Assembly (NCBI GenBank): GCA_964016885.1
Contig: OZ024741.1
Span: forward strand, 380,990,001-381,054,000
DNA length: 64,000 bases
DNA from: Eledone cirrhosa
Lineage: Eukaryota
Reading direction: 5' to 3'
The notes under the pieces were generated by a model. It was not told where the DNA came from and searched no databases. It worked only from the letters and a program-made list of their open reading frames with translations. Numbering within the stretch: position 1 is the stretch's first letter; each line of letters opens with the position of its first letter. This document shows, one piece after another, positions 1 through 13,275 of this stretch. The position numbers and the translations under genes were made by a program.

Positions 1-1199
1 CGGCGTGTTCTTCCGGGTCCAAAGTTGGTCTTCGAACAGGATGATATTTCTCTGGGCAGCAAGGATGATATCAATTTGGGATCTAGTCAGGTCACTATTT
101 TGCATAGCTAATATAAGGGGCTTATTTAGGCACCTACCCACACTAACCATATTAATATGGTTTATAAACACACCGATTGTGCGCTAACTGATAGCACAGG
201 ATAATAGTCTGTCGAAAGCCCAGAAAACTCCGCCGCAGCTATATAGCGGGGGAATTGGGCACCCGGGGTACAGTTAACCTTAACCCTAAAGTGTGTGATA
301 GATCTAACATAGTATAGTGAACTATGGTAGCAAATTGTGTGGGCTAGGTGCCGCTGAATAGATCAAGCCCCCCCCCCCCCCCCGGGGGGGTTATCGCTGA
401 GGGCCTCGAATCAAACAAAAAACTCGCCCCTAGTATCCCGTTGGATATCTAATGAATCCGCTATTGATGACGCGAATTGCCTCCCATACTTTTCGTAGGC
501 ACACTACGACTTCCTGTGCTTATATTCGGACTACCGTTGTGTGTTACTAGCGAGAGACTAACCTTTGAAAGTTGGAATTAGTTGAATATGAATTGTGATC
601 CAGCTTTGATGAATTATAGAACCACACTCAAGTCAAAGTGCAGCACTGGATATAGAACACCGGCCGACCCAGGAGGGGTTACACCCGACTGTGAATGGAT
701 TGCAACCTTCGGAGTCAATAATCTAAACAAAAACCACGTGGCGGCCATATAAATAAAGTAGCAGTCATTGACAGGTTTGGCCGTGAGTTGTCTCTTATAT
801 ATATTAATTTTTACTCACTCTAATAAACCCGCCTATTATTATAACAATAACTGCTCACTCTGCCATATGTGATTCTGGAAGCGGAGTTTCTTATATACAC
901 TTTCGCTCTATGTAACGGGATAACCATCACGATTTGTATTTACTGTGGTATAGTTGTATACGGTACGACACATTGGTTGGACGCCAACTTGGACATACAG
1001 TGAATTTCACCTGGGACGTTGGGTTGAGCGACCGAATGTGAGGACTTTGGGGAATGCCAGTTACTGCGGACCTGGCGTGTTTTCAATTTCCTCACATGAG
1101 TGCCGGCTGTACATGTACCATACATTTCTTTAACTCGTCGTACTTTCTTTTATTTTTTAATTTTTATTTTAGATTTTAGGTGTATATCCGAGACCGCCT

Positions 1200-2114
1200 A
1201 TGGTGATAAACCCCCTGGGTATAGGTTTTGGAAAAATAGTGTTATCTCACCTAACGTCCGGAACTGGAACATATCGATGTGGTTCCTAGGGTGCTGATAT
1301 GATAAGGAGAATCGACCTGTTACACCGCGATGTAATTGGAGTACACCAGCCCTCATATGGACTATCATACATGTAAGGCTGCACCACTGCTAACCAACTA
1401 TTCTTCTCACAGACTCCTGCTTGCAAACTCTCTTAATCTGCCTGTACACCCTGTCTTTGCTCTGCTTGTGCTTTGATGTATCTATGCTTTGCTTTGTTTT
1501 ATATTTTGGGGAGTTTTCGGGCCTTTTGTTCCTTTATTGTTTTGTATTTTTATATTTATCTCTTTTGTTATCCTTGTAGTTTTGTACTTTTTTATTATTA
1601 TTTTATTTTATTTTACTTTTTTTTATTGTTTCTGATCATGCTGAGTAATCCTTTCACTAATCCCTTGCTACCCCCTCCCAACCTCTTTATCATCTATTGC
1701 AGCATTTAGGTGATACATTTTTGGTGTAATTTTTAATTTTTAATTTTTAATTTTTGATGTAATTTTTAAAGACATTTTATGACATTATTTGCATCATGTA
1801 TTCTGTCTTTTTCCATATAGCGCTGGCCTCGGGACCCCCTTGCTGGTCCTTTAACCTTGTTCTGGTGACGCAGCTCGATGGAACATGCAACTATTGATAT
1901 ACTCTTGTTTATAGGCTCTGATGATTCCTGCCATGGGGTATGGATGAAACACTGTTAGCTAATAAAACAATGTATTTCTAAGCACTCTTTGGTTATTCCT
2001 ATAACTATAACGGCTCTGTAGTATACTAGTTATCCTACATTGAGCTAAATACACACTGTCATACCAAGGGCAATATATCTGCGTGTCTGTGCATATTGAT
2101 ACACTTGTCAACGA

Positions 2115-2117
<3 letters not shown>
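1200..2117 (+). mobile_element. Degenerate Penelope-like element 3' end with pseudo-LTR
   Basis: Weak GIY-YIG-tail-like residues near 1260-1460, a T-rich spacer, an HHR motif at 1914-1960 directly followed by AATAAA (1961-1966), ending at (AT)n. Left boundary uncertain. Confidence 0.4.
1914..1960 (+). ncRNA. Type I hammerhead ribozyme motif (PLE pLTR type)
   Basis: ggct-CTGATGA-t(tcc tgcc atgg ggta t gga)t-GAAA-cactg-TT-agct: intact core, stem II, minimal stem III, 4-bp stem I. Confidence 0.6.

Positions 2118-2189
<72 letters not shown>
2117..2189. repeat. (AT)n microsatellite
   Basis: Pure AT dinucleotide run. Confidence 0.95.
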
Positions 2190-2192
<3 letters not shown>

Positions 2193-2389
2193 GTAGTATT
2201 AGTAAATCACAGCCGAGCTCTCAATTCACAGGACGATTTCGGTATAAACTTAGTTCCACAACAAATTAGCAAAGAGAATTCGTTGGGTGAAACGCCTGTC
2301 CTCGCGCATGGTATACTAATTTGTTGTGGATATATATATGTCATGGGTTCTATCAGTGTTAATAACATTAGTAGTATATACATCCTCCT

Positions 2390-3130
2390 CGCCCCCTTAG
2401 TCACTGACCTCTCTTCCCACACCTATGACTCTAATCTTGCCCTTATACTTTTCAACTTCTTCTGCTATCCTGGTTCCTCTCGCCTTCTCTTCTCCCTGGC
2501 CATCACCTCTAGCTATACCGTCATCCCTCACGATGACGTCCTCACCATTCTCCGACATCTTTTGGAACTACGCCTTAGCCTAGCACATCCACTCTACTCC
2601 GTCTTGCTGAACTTGTTCTGACCTTTAATGGGCGTTCCTTTTCCGGAAAGTCTTACCGGCATGTCTCTAGGTTAGGCATGGGAACCAAAATAGGCCCGAC
2701 CTATGCCGACTTGTTTGTTGGTTTCGTCGAAACTTAGATATCCCAGTAAACTTGACCTTCCTCTGAACTATACGGTCGTTACATCGACAATTATTTCGGT
2801 GTAACCTCTCTACCCCGTGAACAGCTAACAACGTTCGCTCCTTCGTTCAGTCTTTTCATTCTTCTCTCACCTTCACCACTTCCGCCTCCGATTCTTCTGT
2901 CCAATTTCTCACCCTCTCTCTATCGATCACACTCTCCATACCCTCTCTACTACATTCTTCTATAAACCTATTGACTCCCACTCCTACATCGTCTTCACCT
3001 CACTCACACTAAACTCTCCGTCTTCGTTGGCTCTACAGCGAGGACCAAGATTTCGAGATCCAGTCTCAAGGCATGGCGTCTCGCTTCATGGATATTCTCC
3101 CGTCGCCATTCAAGCTGCCCTTCTCCGCGC
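2390..3130 (+). pseudogene. Penelope-type reverse transcriptase relic
   Basis: FSLAITSSYTVIPHDD in ORF 2190..2621 (cf. DxxSLYTxIP), then GMGTKIGPTYADLFVGFVE and YGRYIDNYFG in frameshifted frames. Confidence 0.75.
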
Positions 3131-3134
3131 CTGT

Positions 3135-3945
3135 AATATTTATATATGGTTTCCCAGACTTCTTTCGTCACACACCTGTGACATCATCAGTAATAATATT
3201 ATGTTCTCTCCCGTTGTATTGCTGTAATGTTTACTTTTTCTATTTTATTTATTTATTGTTGTTTCTGTTTGGTGTGTGTTCGTGGCTGAATCTGTGTGTG
3301 TTTGTATTCTATATTTGGTCACTAGTGTGTGTTTATGTGTGATTGTTGTTTTTGATTATGTTTATTTATATTTATTTATCTTAGGTCACATTTTTTTTAT
3401 TGTTGATGATGTTGTTATCCCATACAAGTTTTCTGTTCAGCTTCGGTTTTTTGGGGGTTCTCTTTCAGTTATTTCCATAATTTGTTTTCTGTTGAGTAAT
3501 TTCTATGTTTAGATAGTATTTTAATTTCTATGTTGTCTATATTACCGTCATAACTTTGTCTGGCGTGTTCATATATTACTGAACTGTCTTTTTGTACATT
3601 TAGTTCACCCCATGTTGGTATATACTCTCCACTATGTTCCGGGGTCGCTTCCCCATGCATGCCGTTGTCATGTTTCAGTAAGCATCCTTTGTACATCTTA
3701 TATTGTGGACTATAATTCTTGTTTTACAATATATTTGTCGATTTATTCTACATATTACACATTTCTTATCAGTAAAGTGGGTTTTCTTAAAGTGGTAAGT
3801 TTTGCTGCTCAGGAATTTTATGGTAGTTCTTGGCTTTTCTACCTCTTTAATCTTTAAATGGGTCTTTCGCAGGGACTTTCTAAATTAGTTACCTAGCTCA
3901 CCTTCTGGGGTTGTCTCCACGAATATGACATTCTTGTAATTCAGC
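3135..3945 (-). mobile_element. PLE 3' relic (GIY-YIG tail plus pLTR with degenerate HHR at ~3153-3195)
   Basis: ORF 3469..3696 QKDSSVIYEHARQSYDGNIDNIEIK matches DNKESSVLYQHAKIEHKGKLENIEIK of ORF 19621..20403. Minus strand has CTGATGA-tgtcaca-ggtg-tgtgac-GAAA-gaag-TC with a weak stem I. Confidence 0.65.
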
Positions 3946-4149
3946 TAAATTAACTATAGGGGTATAACATTTACTGAAGCAAAACCCATCCTAAACCAAA
4001 GAGCGTGTGTGTTTTTTATGTATATACACATATATAAGTTTATCCCGGGTTCAATCGGGGGAAACCACAGTAAGGTACACGATACATAGCAGAGTATAAA
4101 TATTCTAGTCTTGTAGAAGCCATTTGTATATATATATATATCTGTGTGT

Positions 4150-4386
4150 GTGAGAAAAACCACAGATGTGAGAAAAGCCACAGCCCCCCCCCCCCCCCCC
4201 CCCATCTCAATTCTACTTTTGAAAAGCAGAAGAACTGCGAAACCGGTAAAGGAACCAAATAAATATCTATTTAAAAAAAAAATGACTCCAGTTGCATTTT
4301 CGATTTCACCTTTTTTCCTTTTACTTTCACTCGTGTAGGACACCTCGGTTATTTTTCACTTTGTAAAAAGAACCACTTTCTAATTA

Positions 4387-4390
<4 letters not shown>
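4150..4390 (+). mobile_element. PLE-like pseudo-LTR, family B (other copies at 30108-30600 and 46085-46258, opposite strand)
   Basis: Reverse complement of 30108-30320; contains an HHR variant and AATAAA and ends at (AT)n. Confidence 0.55.
4216..4251 (+). ncRNA. Minimal hammerhead, U3-A8 core variant
   Basis: ctt-TTGAAAA-gcag aagaa ctgc-GAAA-ccgg-TA-aag, with AATAAA just downstream. Confidence 0.55.
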
Positions 4391-4443
<53 letters not shown>

Positions 4444-4451
4444 CATATATA

Positions 4452-4545
4452 TTTATTAAAATACCAGATTAAAGTTTAAGTAAAGAATCGCTGCTGAAAG
4501 CACCGATTCTTTGCTTAAACTTTAATTTGTTATTTTAATAAATAT
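4452..4545. repeat. Fold-back inverted repeat adjoining (AT)n; same family as the arms at 29244-29685
   Basis: tttattaaaataccagattaaagtttaagtaaagaatcg ... cgattctttgcttaaactttaatttgttattttaataaa. Confidence 0.75.
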
Positions 4546-7500
4546 TTGCTCTACGGTTCTTATATATTTGATATATATTTATCCTTATCCTTTTAGTCTT
4601 CAAATTTATTATTATTACTATTATTATTATTATGATTATTATTATTATTTTTCTTTGAGTCTCAGTCATTGATGTTAGTTAACTGGAAAGTTTGTTGAAA
4701 TGAATATCAATCCACTACCTGCAGCCTCAGATATTCAAGACGTATCGGAGGGTTCTTGCTGTTCCCAGCAAGCATGCCTTTTGAAGCGTTCCAAAAAGCG
4801 TGTTGGGGCCAATTTTCTTTAACCATCCCTGGAAACTTTTTGAGATAGTACCTAGTGCGCCTATGACAATCGGGACTACTTTGACTTCATGGCAGTTCCA
4901 AATCCTTTTTACCTCCCACTTTAAGTCCTGGTATCGGTTAAATTTCTCCCTCTCCTTCTCTTGCATTCTCGTGTCGAATGGGCAGACCACATCCACAATC
5001 AGGCACGATCTTTTTTTCCTTGTCCAAAACCACCAGGTCAGGTCTATTCTCAGAATGTGGTAAATTGTTTACTTTGCATAGGTGCCAGTGATCACCCTGC
5101 CCATCACATCATGTCTCCAGCCTTTATAGTGAGTCTGGGCTAGGTGTTTACACTCGGATACAAAGTGAGCCACAGTCTCCTCTCTCTCTCCACAGATCCT
5201 GCACAGTGGGCTAGCCTCCTCCTTGTAAATATGGTGTTTCAACCACTTCGTTTTGAGGGCCTGCTCTTGCGCAGCCATTAACATTCCTTCTGTAGCCTTT
5301 TTAAGGTCTCCTCTTTTCAACCAGTTCCATGATTGTGGATCTCAGAATTCAGTTTTCTCAAAGAAGGTACTATGAAGGGATTTTTAATGAAGGCTGCTCT
5401 TCCTCCTTGATGTTATTTCCTCCTTGGACATCCCCTGGCCTACTGTCCCCTCCTTCAGTACAATTCTGAGCATTGGCTCCTTACTATCAGTCACGTATTT
5501 GTGTAGGTTGTTTTTCTCCATCTGAACACAGCCCTCTATGCTGATAAGACCTCTTCCACCTTTAGATCTCCTTAAGTAGAGTCTATCGACATCACTCCTC
5601 TTGTGGAACAGGTTGTAAATAGTCAATAGCTTCCTAGATTTCCTATCCATTTCTTTTTGTTCAGCAACACTCCATCTCATAATTCCCGCACTGTACCTAA
5701 TAATAGACACAGCTCGGGAATTTACTGCACTTATGGCATTCCTACTGTTCAGATGTGACTCTAATACGCTCCTTACTCTCCGAATGTATTCAGATCTTAT
5801 CAATTCCTTCATTTTTTGTTCTTGATGTCATCAGCCTCCAGAACACCCAAATACTTGTATCCTTCTTCAGTGTCAATTTCATTTATCATCCCCCCTGTTG
5901 GAACCAGGATTCCGTTGCTTCTGCTCAATTTACCCCTCTTCATCACAAGGACTCCACACTTACTAATACCAAATTGCGTACATATATCATTGCTGAAAAT
6001 ACGGACAGTGTCAACAAACGCACCCAACTCCTTCTCAATCTTCCCAAAGAGCCTAAGATCGTCCATGAAGAGGAGGTGATTGATGGTAAGCCCTCCCTTT
6101 CCCAACTTGTATCCTGCCCTCACTTTTCGCAGTATAATGGCCAGGGGCATCAGGGCAAGGACAAACAACAGAGGCGACAGACTATCTCCCTGGAAGATAC
6201 CTCTCTTGATCTTCACGCCTCCCAAGGATTCTCCAGCTGAATGTTAACTCTGTTTTCCAGGACTTCATACTTTTGCCCAACAACTGTCTGATGTTATCTG
6301 CCACCTTGAAGACCTCTAGGCTTTTGGTGATCCAAGAATGAGGTACCATGTCAAATGCCTTTTTGCAGTCTATCCATCCCATGGCAAGACCAGTGTGTCT
6401 CCTGTTGCAATTCCCCGTTACCATCTTATCAATAAGTAACTGGTCCTTTGTACCACGGGATTTCTTTCGGCATCCTTTCTGTTCGTCGGTTAACAAGTTG
6501 TTTGTGTGGAGGTGATGGTAGATTTCCTCAGACATAATGCTTGTCAACAGTTTCCACATTACGAACAGACATGTGATAGGTCTATAGTTGGTAACATCAT
6601 TACCCTTTATTCGGTCTTTCATTACTAGAACTGTGGTACCTTTTGTCAACCACTCTGGTACCTCACCTGACATCAAGCAGTCATTGAACATGGTTGTCAG
6701 TTTCGGGTGGAGGGATGATATATTTTTAATCCAATACCTCTGCACACCATCTGGGCCTGGTGATTTCCAGTTGGTTAGTTTTTTGGCCTGCCCCTTAAGA
6801 GTTTCAACAGTGATACTCAAATCAGTTTGTTGGTGTGCCTGTTCACTAATCTCCTTCTGTACTGTCTCAATCCACACTGCCTGGTCATTATGTTTAACAT
6901 CCTGCGCCTATATTCCTCTTCAGAATGTCTTAGTTTGTTCCGCCTCAGGGATCAAGTCATTGTCTCTTTCTTTGCCTTCAAGCTGTCCAAACAGCATCTT
7001 CTGGTTGTTGTCAAACATGCGGTTCTGTCTATACTGACTGACTCTGCTCTCGTATCGCCTAATTTTTGCACTCTTTGCTACAATGCGTTGCTTCAGTTCC
7101 TCTATGATAATATTTAGCTTTTTCCTCCTAGATTTGTACTTTATTTCCAGTCTATTTTTAGTGTCTATATTTTTTAGTGTCCCATTCAGTAGGGACTCAA
7201 GCTTTCCAATGTAATTTCCCATTTCCCTGATTTGACCATTCAGTCGTTTCTTCCACCAAGGTTCTGATCTTTCTTGTTTGTTGTTTCCTCTCGCTTTTAT
7301 GCCAAGTAAATTCCTCACCGCATTTGCTGTTGCTTTGAGGCTATTGTTGCACTGGTGAAGGCTCCTCGCCTCAAGGTATGAGATGACTTTGTTTACTTTA
7401 GCTGTTGTTTCTTTTAACTTTTTCCTGTCTACAAATCTTAGGTTCATAGGTTTCCCACTATCATTGTTCAATTCATCTACCACTAAGTTTAGGATATCAA

Positions 7501-7563
7501 CCAAATCTTGTCCTAGCCCGTCAGCATTCATCTCCTCAATGGCCGTATCTTTGTTCCAGGTAT

Positions 7564-7750
7564 TGTGGATTGGCAGTATTGGTAGAGTGTCGGATGCCAT
7601 GCTTTGGCGCATAGAGTTACGGCCCTTGCCATTCTGAGTTCAAATCCCGCCGAGGTTAATTTTGCCTTTCATCCTTACGGCATAGATAAAATAAAGTACA
7701 AGTAATACACTGGGTAATTGCTGGCCTTGTGCCTAACGTAGAAACAATTA
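7564..7750 (+). mobile_element. tRNA-derived SINE inserted in Dong copy A
   Basis: A-box-like TGGCAGTATTGG, B box GAGTTCAAATCCC, central GCCTTTCATCCTTACGG..GATAAAATAAAGTAC domain; matches 39378-39570. Confidence 0.85.
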
Positions 7751-7764
7751 TTTATTTCAGCATT

Positions 7765-7953
7765 GGGTGGTGGATTGGCAGTATCAGTAGAAGGTCGGAC
7801 GCCATGTTTTCCAGCATAATTACGTCCCTTTACGATCTGAGTTCAAATCCTGCCGAGGTGGACTTTGCCTTTCATCCTTACGGGGTTGATAAAATAAAGT
7901 ACCAGTAATGCACTGGGTAATTGCTGGCCTTGTGCCTAACGTAGAGACAATTA
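7765..7953 (+). mobile_element. Second tRNA-derived SINE of the same family, flanked by an ~18-bp duplication
   Basis: Same motifs; attatttatttcagcatt at 7747-7764 and 7950-7967. Confidence 0.85.
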
Positions 7954-9300
7954 TTTATTTCAGCATTCAGATCATTGTCTGGTTCGGATGGTTCCTCCTT
8001 TCTCTCAACCTCTTCACCTTCATCTCCCACTGGCTTGTTTGCCTGGCATACTCCACTCTCCATTTCCAACCTAATCTCTCTGCTCAGTTCCTCCAGTTCC
8101 AGCTCGCTTATCCACCCAATTTTTCTTATTACCCGAGCCTGCCCGGCCAAATTTTGTTCATCTAATTTAAATAGACCAATCTCATTCCAGATGTTATGCA
8201 TCCGTTTCCTATAGCCTTTCTCCTTGGGGTTACTCTTCAGGTAACATTGCATAACATTTCTATTCAATTCTTTCGTCCAGTTGGTTCTGGTCCCTTTCCT
8301 TCTTCTTCTTCCTCCGACACCAGCAGTATTTGGATGACAGCCAGGTCCCTGCTGCTGGGCCAGGGAGCACCTGCTGGGTGAGAGTCTGTCACAAGATATT
8401 CCAGTCTCCACTTCACTTTTATTCGAACTGTTTAGGTTCGACATTTAAACACTCTTATCGAGGATTGGTGAATGCATGGTCACATAACCACCGGTGATTT
8501 CATCACCCCCGGTGATTTGAGTGTACCACTATCACTCTGTAGACGAACATAAATAAACAAACAAACAAATAGGTAAAAAAAAACCAAGAAAGAATAAGCA
8601 TAAGTTTCATTGTAATGTAATATTTGAATGTCTGACTTAGTTTTTTTCTCCATTCTCTGTCTGTCTGTTTGTTTTTCTTTTCATTTTTCTTTCCTTTACG
8701 TTTTGCGTTGTTGCTGTGCTGTTTAGATTTTGATTTTTGGTTTTTTGATTTTTTGACCGGGTCATCAAATCAGTCTATTTATATCTTTTAATGCCTTCCT
8801 CTTTTAGTGGGGACACTACGATGCATGTCTTAGTAGGAGGCAGTGGGAGAGAATAGCGGCGGTAGCGATAATGAGGCAGTGGTGGTGGTGATGTGATCGT
8901 AGTACTGTAGTGATGGTGTTGAAGTTGAAGTAGAAATAGAAGTTGAGGTAACTTGACCTGAGTTTTTGGCGTGATAGTGGTGATGGAGGCGGTGGTGGTG
9001 TTGGTGGTGAAATTATTTGCCTGTCTGTCCACTTAGCCATTCAGCCATTTTGCCATTTTCCTCCTTTTCGATTATAACATCTCTGATCCAAAATTAAATA
9101 TTAAATACTGGGGGCCCTATGCCGTAAAGTAATGCGTTGTGGCTTGCATAGCGTAAAAACTGTAATCTTATACGTCATTTGTAATAAGAATTATTCTATC
9201 AAAGTTGTTTTAAATAAGTAAAAATCAAAAACTTACGGGAGCGATTCCATAACGATATATATCCACCATATGCGTTTTCTTCCCTTATTATTATTATTAT

Positions 9301-12300
9301 TTGCATTTATCTTGCTTTATGTTTATACGAGTTATCACCAAGTCACAACCAGTGACCTCAAGAGACAACAAGGTCCGCCATGTTCAAGAAAGAACACACA
9401 TATTCACACATGCATCCTTAGTGTTTAGACTTGTGATGTACTTATATTGACAGGATCTTCCTTAGTATATGGGCAGTTCCCATTAGTACTATCTTTTGTA
9501 TTTCTCCTATACGCGGGTTTCCTGGGATTTGCGATAAGTAGTCGTTAGACCCCTTAGGTATCATTCCCAGAGCGCCTACAACCACTGGTATTGTTTTAGT
9601 TCTCAATTTCCACATTTTTCCAATTTCTATCTCCAGGTCCTTATACTTGCTCAATTTTTCAAATGTTTTTATAGATACATTCTTGTCTATTGGAACAGAC
9701 ATATCAATTAGCAGGCATACCCCTTTGAAAGTCCTTCAATATTATATCAGGTCTATTTGCATCTATTTTTCGGTCTGTTTGGATGCTAAAGTTCCACAAG
9801 ATTGAGATGTGATCTTTTTCAAGTATGGGAGGTGGTTGATGCTCCCACCAATTCTTTTGATGGGGCAGGTCAAAATGCTTACACATTATCCAATGTATGT
9901 ATTGTGCAGCTCTGTCATGCCTGTTTAGGTATTCGGTTGGAACTATAGGACTGCACATTGAAATTATATGGTCAATGGTCTCTGGTTGTTTTTTGCATAC
10001 ACGGCATAATGGGCTGCACCCATTTTTTATTATGTTGGCTTGGTAATTTTTTGTTGGCAGACACTGATCTTGTGCCGATATAATCAGTCCTTCAGTCTCC
10101 GATTTCAGTCCAGAGGATGCCAACCACTGATGGGTTAAAGTTTTGTCAACATCAGGATTGTTAGCTCGCTCTGGGTATTTTCCATACAGAGGCTTTTCTT
10201 GCCATTTCTTAGCCAGTTTCTGTAGCAGTTCTTACTTTGCAGTTACTTTTACCTGCTTTGCTTTTTCTGTGTTTTCCATTTCAGCAGTAAATGGGACTTC
10301 TGAAATGTGTAGTCCATTACTGTATCTTTGTGCATCTTTTGTAATGGAATATGATCTTTTGGTGCTTTCGTGTTTCAAAACGAGTTTGATCATCCAATCA
10401 TGTGATTGCCTTAGATATGTAGATAATCCAATTGTTGCAGTTTTCAACGCAATGTCTAACTGGATTAACCCACGTCCTCCTTCTTTCCTAGGGAGATATA
10501 TTCTATCTATGTCTGCCTTAGGGTGATGCATTCTGTGCATGGTTAAGAATTTTCGGATTTTTGTATCGAGCCTACGGATCTCTGTGCTTGACGAGTTGAT
10601 GACATTGTAACTGTAGGTTACTACTGGTATGGCAAGCGTGTTTATGGCATCGATCCTATTCCTTGCATTCAATTCCGTTCTTAAGATTGCTCTGACTCTG
10701 CGGTAACATTCCTTCCTTATCCTTTCCCTCATTGTCGAGTGCTTGATTCCGTCTCCTTCACAAACACCTAGATATTTGTAAGTTTGTTCTTGATCAAGCT
10801 CTCTTATCACGTTCCCCCGATCAAGATTAATGTCTGAACTCTTCAGCAGCTTTCCTCTGGTGAACGTTGCTTTGGCGCATTTATCCAGTCCAAACTCCAT
10901 TTTAATGTCATCACTGAACTGCTTCACAGTGGATAATAGCCCTTGCAATTGTTCATCATTTTTTGCAAATAGTTTCAGGTCATCCATGTAGAACAGGTGA
11001 TTAATGGTTTTGTCATAGACTCTATATCCATGTTTTGTTTCATTGAGCATTTTACTTAATGGTATAAGTGCGATGCAGAATAAAAGCGGTGATAAAGAGT
11101 CACCCTGAAAAATTCCACAATTAATGTTAACTTCTCCAGCTTCCAGTGATTTTTTTCACTATTCAAAAGGAGTGTCGTTCTCCATGTCCTCATACTGAAT
11201 GACAAAAACCTCCTGATAACGGGGGATATTTTGAAAATCTCTAAACATTTTTCAATCCAACTGTGCGGCAAACTATCAAATGCTTTTTTATAATCTATCC
11301 AAGCAATCGATAGATTTTTCTGTCTATTATGACAATCTTCCAGTATCATTTTGTTAACCAGAAGCTGATCCTTACAGCCATATGAGCCTCGTTTACACCC
11401 TTTCTGCTCAATGGGAAATAGGTCATTTGTTATCAGGTGGTCATATGTGTACTCAGTTAGGACTGATGTTAAAATTTTATACATTGTGGTCAAGCAGGTT
11501 ATCGGTCTGTAATTTTTGGGATTGTTTGTCTCATCATTCTTCGGTAGCAGGAATGTAATGCCGTTAACTAGCCATGATGGTATCTTTTCTGGCTCCTTAA
11601 CTATTTCATTGTAAAGTTGGGCTAACAGCTCATGAGACTCTGTGAAGGCATTTATCCAAAAGTTTTGTATTTTGTCTTTTCCTGGGGATTTCCATTTGCT
11701 GGTTTTTCTTAGAGCCAAGCGCAGCTGTTCAACTGTTATATTTTCCCATGTTTGTTCTTCAAGGTGAGCTGTTTCTTTCATTTGTCTGTCTATCCATGGG
11801 GCATGTATGTTATGAACTTTTTCTTCGGCCCAGATCTTTTCCCAGAATTCTTGCACTTCCTCCTTGGGTGGTATTGATTTAGCAGTTATTGTTGACTTAC
11901 CAATTTTTCTGTAGAAGTTTCTTTGGTTGTTTTTGAACATATTATTGTCCTTATAGAATCTAGATCGTTTTTCAAAGCGCCTTATACGAGCAGCTTTGGC
12001 CGACACTTTTTGCTTGATTGTTTCTATCAGCATGTCTATGTCACATGTTGATCTTATACTGTACTTTTTTTTCAATTTTCTAAGTTTAGTTTGTTTAACA
12101 TGTTCACCTACTTTATAGTTTGTTAAAATTTCTATGTCAGATCGGAGAAGGTTTATTTGGCGATTGATGTTATCTTGCCAAGTAGATTTCTTGTGGGAAT
12201 TCCTTTGTTTTTTCATCTTCACTCCACATAAGTGAGTGGTGACTTTAGCCGATGCATAATAGAGATGATTTAAGTCAGTAATGCTTAGTTTGTTTGTGAT

Positions 12301-13275
12301 GATAATGTTTTTGAGAATTATGTTAGTCTTGTGTATTATCTTTTGGTTCTGTTTGGAGTTCTGGATCTTAGGGAGGGTGTCTCGTTCCCCCATGTCAGAT
12401 TCTTTCATTTTCATCCATTCGATCATAATTTCATCCTTCAAGTTGGCAAGTTCATTCTCATTCATTTCTTTATCATTTACGATCTCATTATTTTCATTTG
12501 GAGTTTCATCCTGAGCATGCACTCCCTCCACTTTTTCGCTCCTTTCTTTAATTTGTTCTGTTGCCAGTGATTCCGCCCCAGCTCTGGGATTCGAAGTGTT
12601 ACAGTTTACCTCGTTTTCACTGACACATGCTTCATTTTCCCTTCGCTGACTTTGTGCTACTAGCTTGATCTGATCAATTTCTATATCAGTTAGTAACTTT
12701 TTTCTTACAATATTTCTTCGTATATTGGCTAGTTTGTTACTGTCAATATAGCCTCTGTTTTCGGGATGTTTCTTTTTCCAGTTGATATATGTTTGCTCTG
12801 TATTCGATGTATTTGATGGGTAGTACATGGCAGTGTAGAAAGCGTCAAGGACTTCTTTATTATCTTCCCTTGACCATTTTTCTCTCTTTTTCTTTGGATT
12901 TCTTGGTGGTGAGCATGGAGGGCCAACAGTAGGAGTATTCCGGTTATGGGAAGTCTCCAGCTCCAAAGTGATGGGAAGGTTTGAACCATTAGCTGATTTT
13001 TCGACCCCAGTCTGGTTCCTCTCTGAGGGACGCGGCCCTTTTTTACCCGGGTGACGGCCGATCCGGTATGAGATTTCATCATTAGACATCTACTTTATTT
13101 TGTCGCGTTTTATCCTTATCCGCCAAGGGGTAATCTTTTCGTGTTACCACTTCTAGAACGAGTGTCAACCAAGACTAGAGGGGTCGTTCTCCCCTAGAGA
13201 CATGGCTATTCCCCGCCGGCCGCCATCCCGGTATTTCTAGGTCACGGGGTTTTCTTTTTGTTGTTTTTTTTAAAT
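9301..13275 (-). mobile_element. Non-LTR retrotransposon, R4/Dong-like, near full-length copy B
   Basis: ORFs 11056..13089 (KWSREDN, WKSPGKD, NYRPITCL, WIDYKKAFD), 10232..11050 (YMDDLKLF), 9704..10123 (CRVC..H..C, RHD, RPDIIL), 9442..9702 (EKLSKYKDL). TTA repeats on both sides (9284-9300, 13277-13287). Confidence 0.92.

Larger units (their letters stand above)
4650..8525 (-). mobile_element. Non-LTR retrotransposon, R4/Dong-like (RT plus restriction-like endonuclease), frameshifted, copy A
   Basis: Ordered ORF pieces 7878..8444, 6920..7612, 6182..6877 (WKSPGPDG, NYRPITCL, EQKG, WIDCKKAFD), 5809..6225 (GIFQGDSLSP, FMDDLRLF), 5384..5812, 5069..5320 (CRIC..H..C, RHD), 4727..4996 (EKFNRYQDL). 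3' end abuts (TTA)n. Confidence 0.9.

Noticed and set aside
13090-13260. HDV-like ribozyme in the GC-rich 5' UTR of Dong copy B
   Set aside because: Some helices are present, but I could not build the nested double pseudoknot by eye. An RNArobo/Infernal search would decide.
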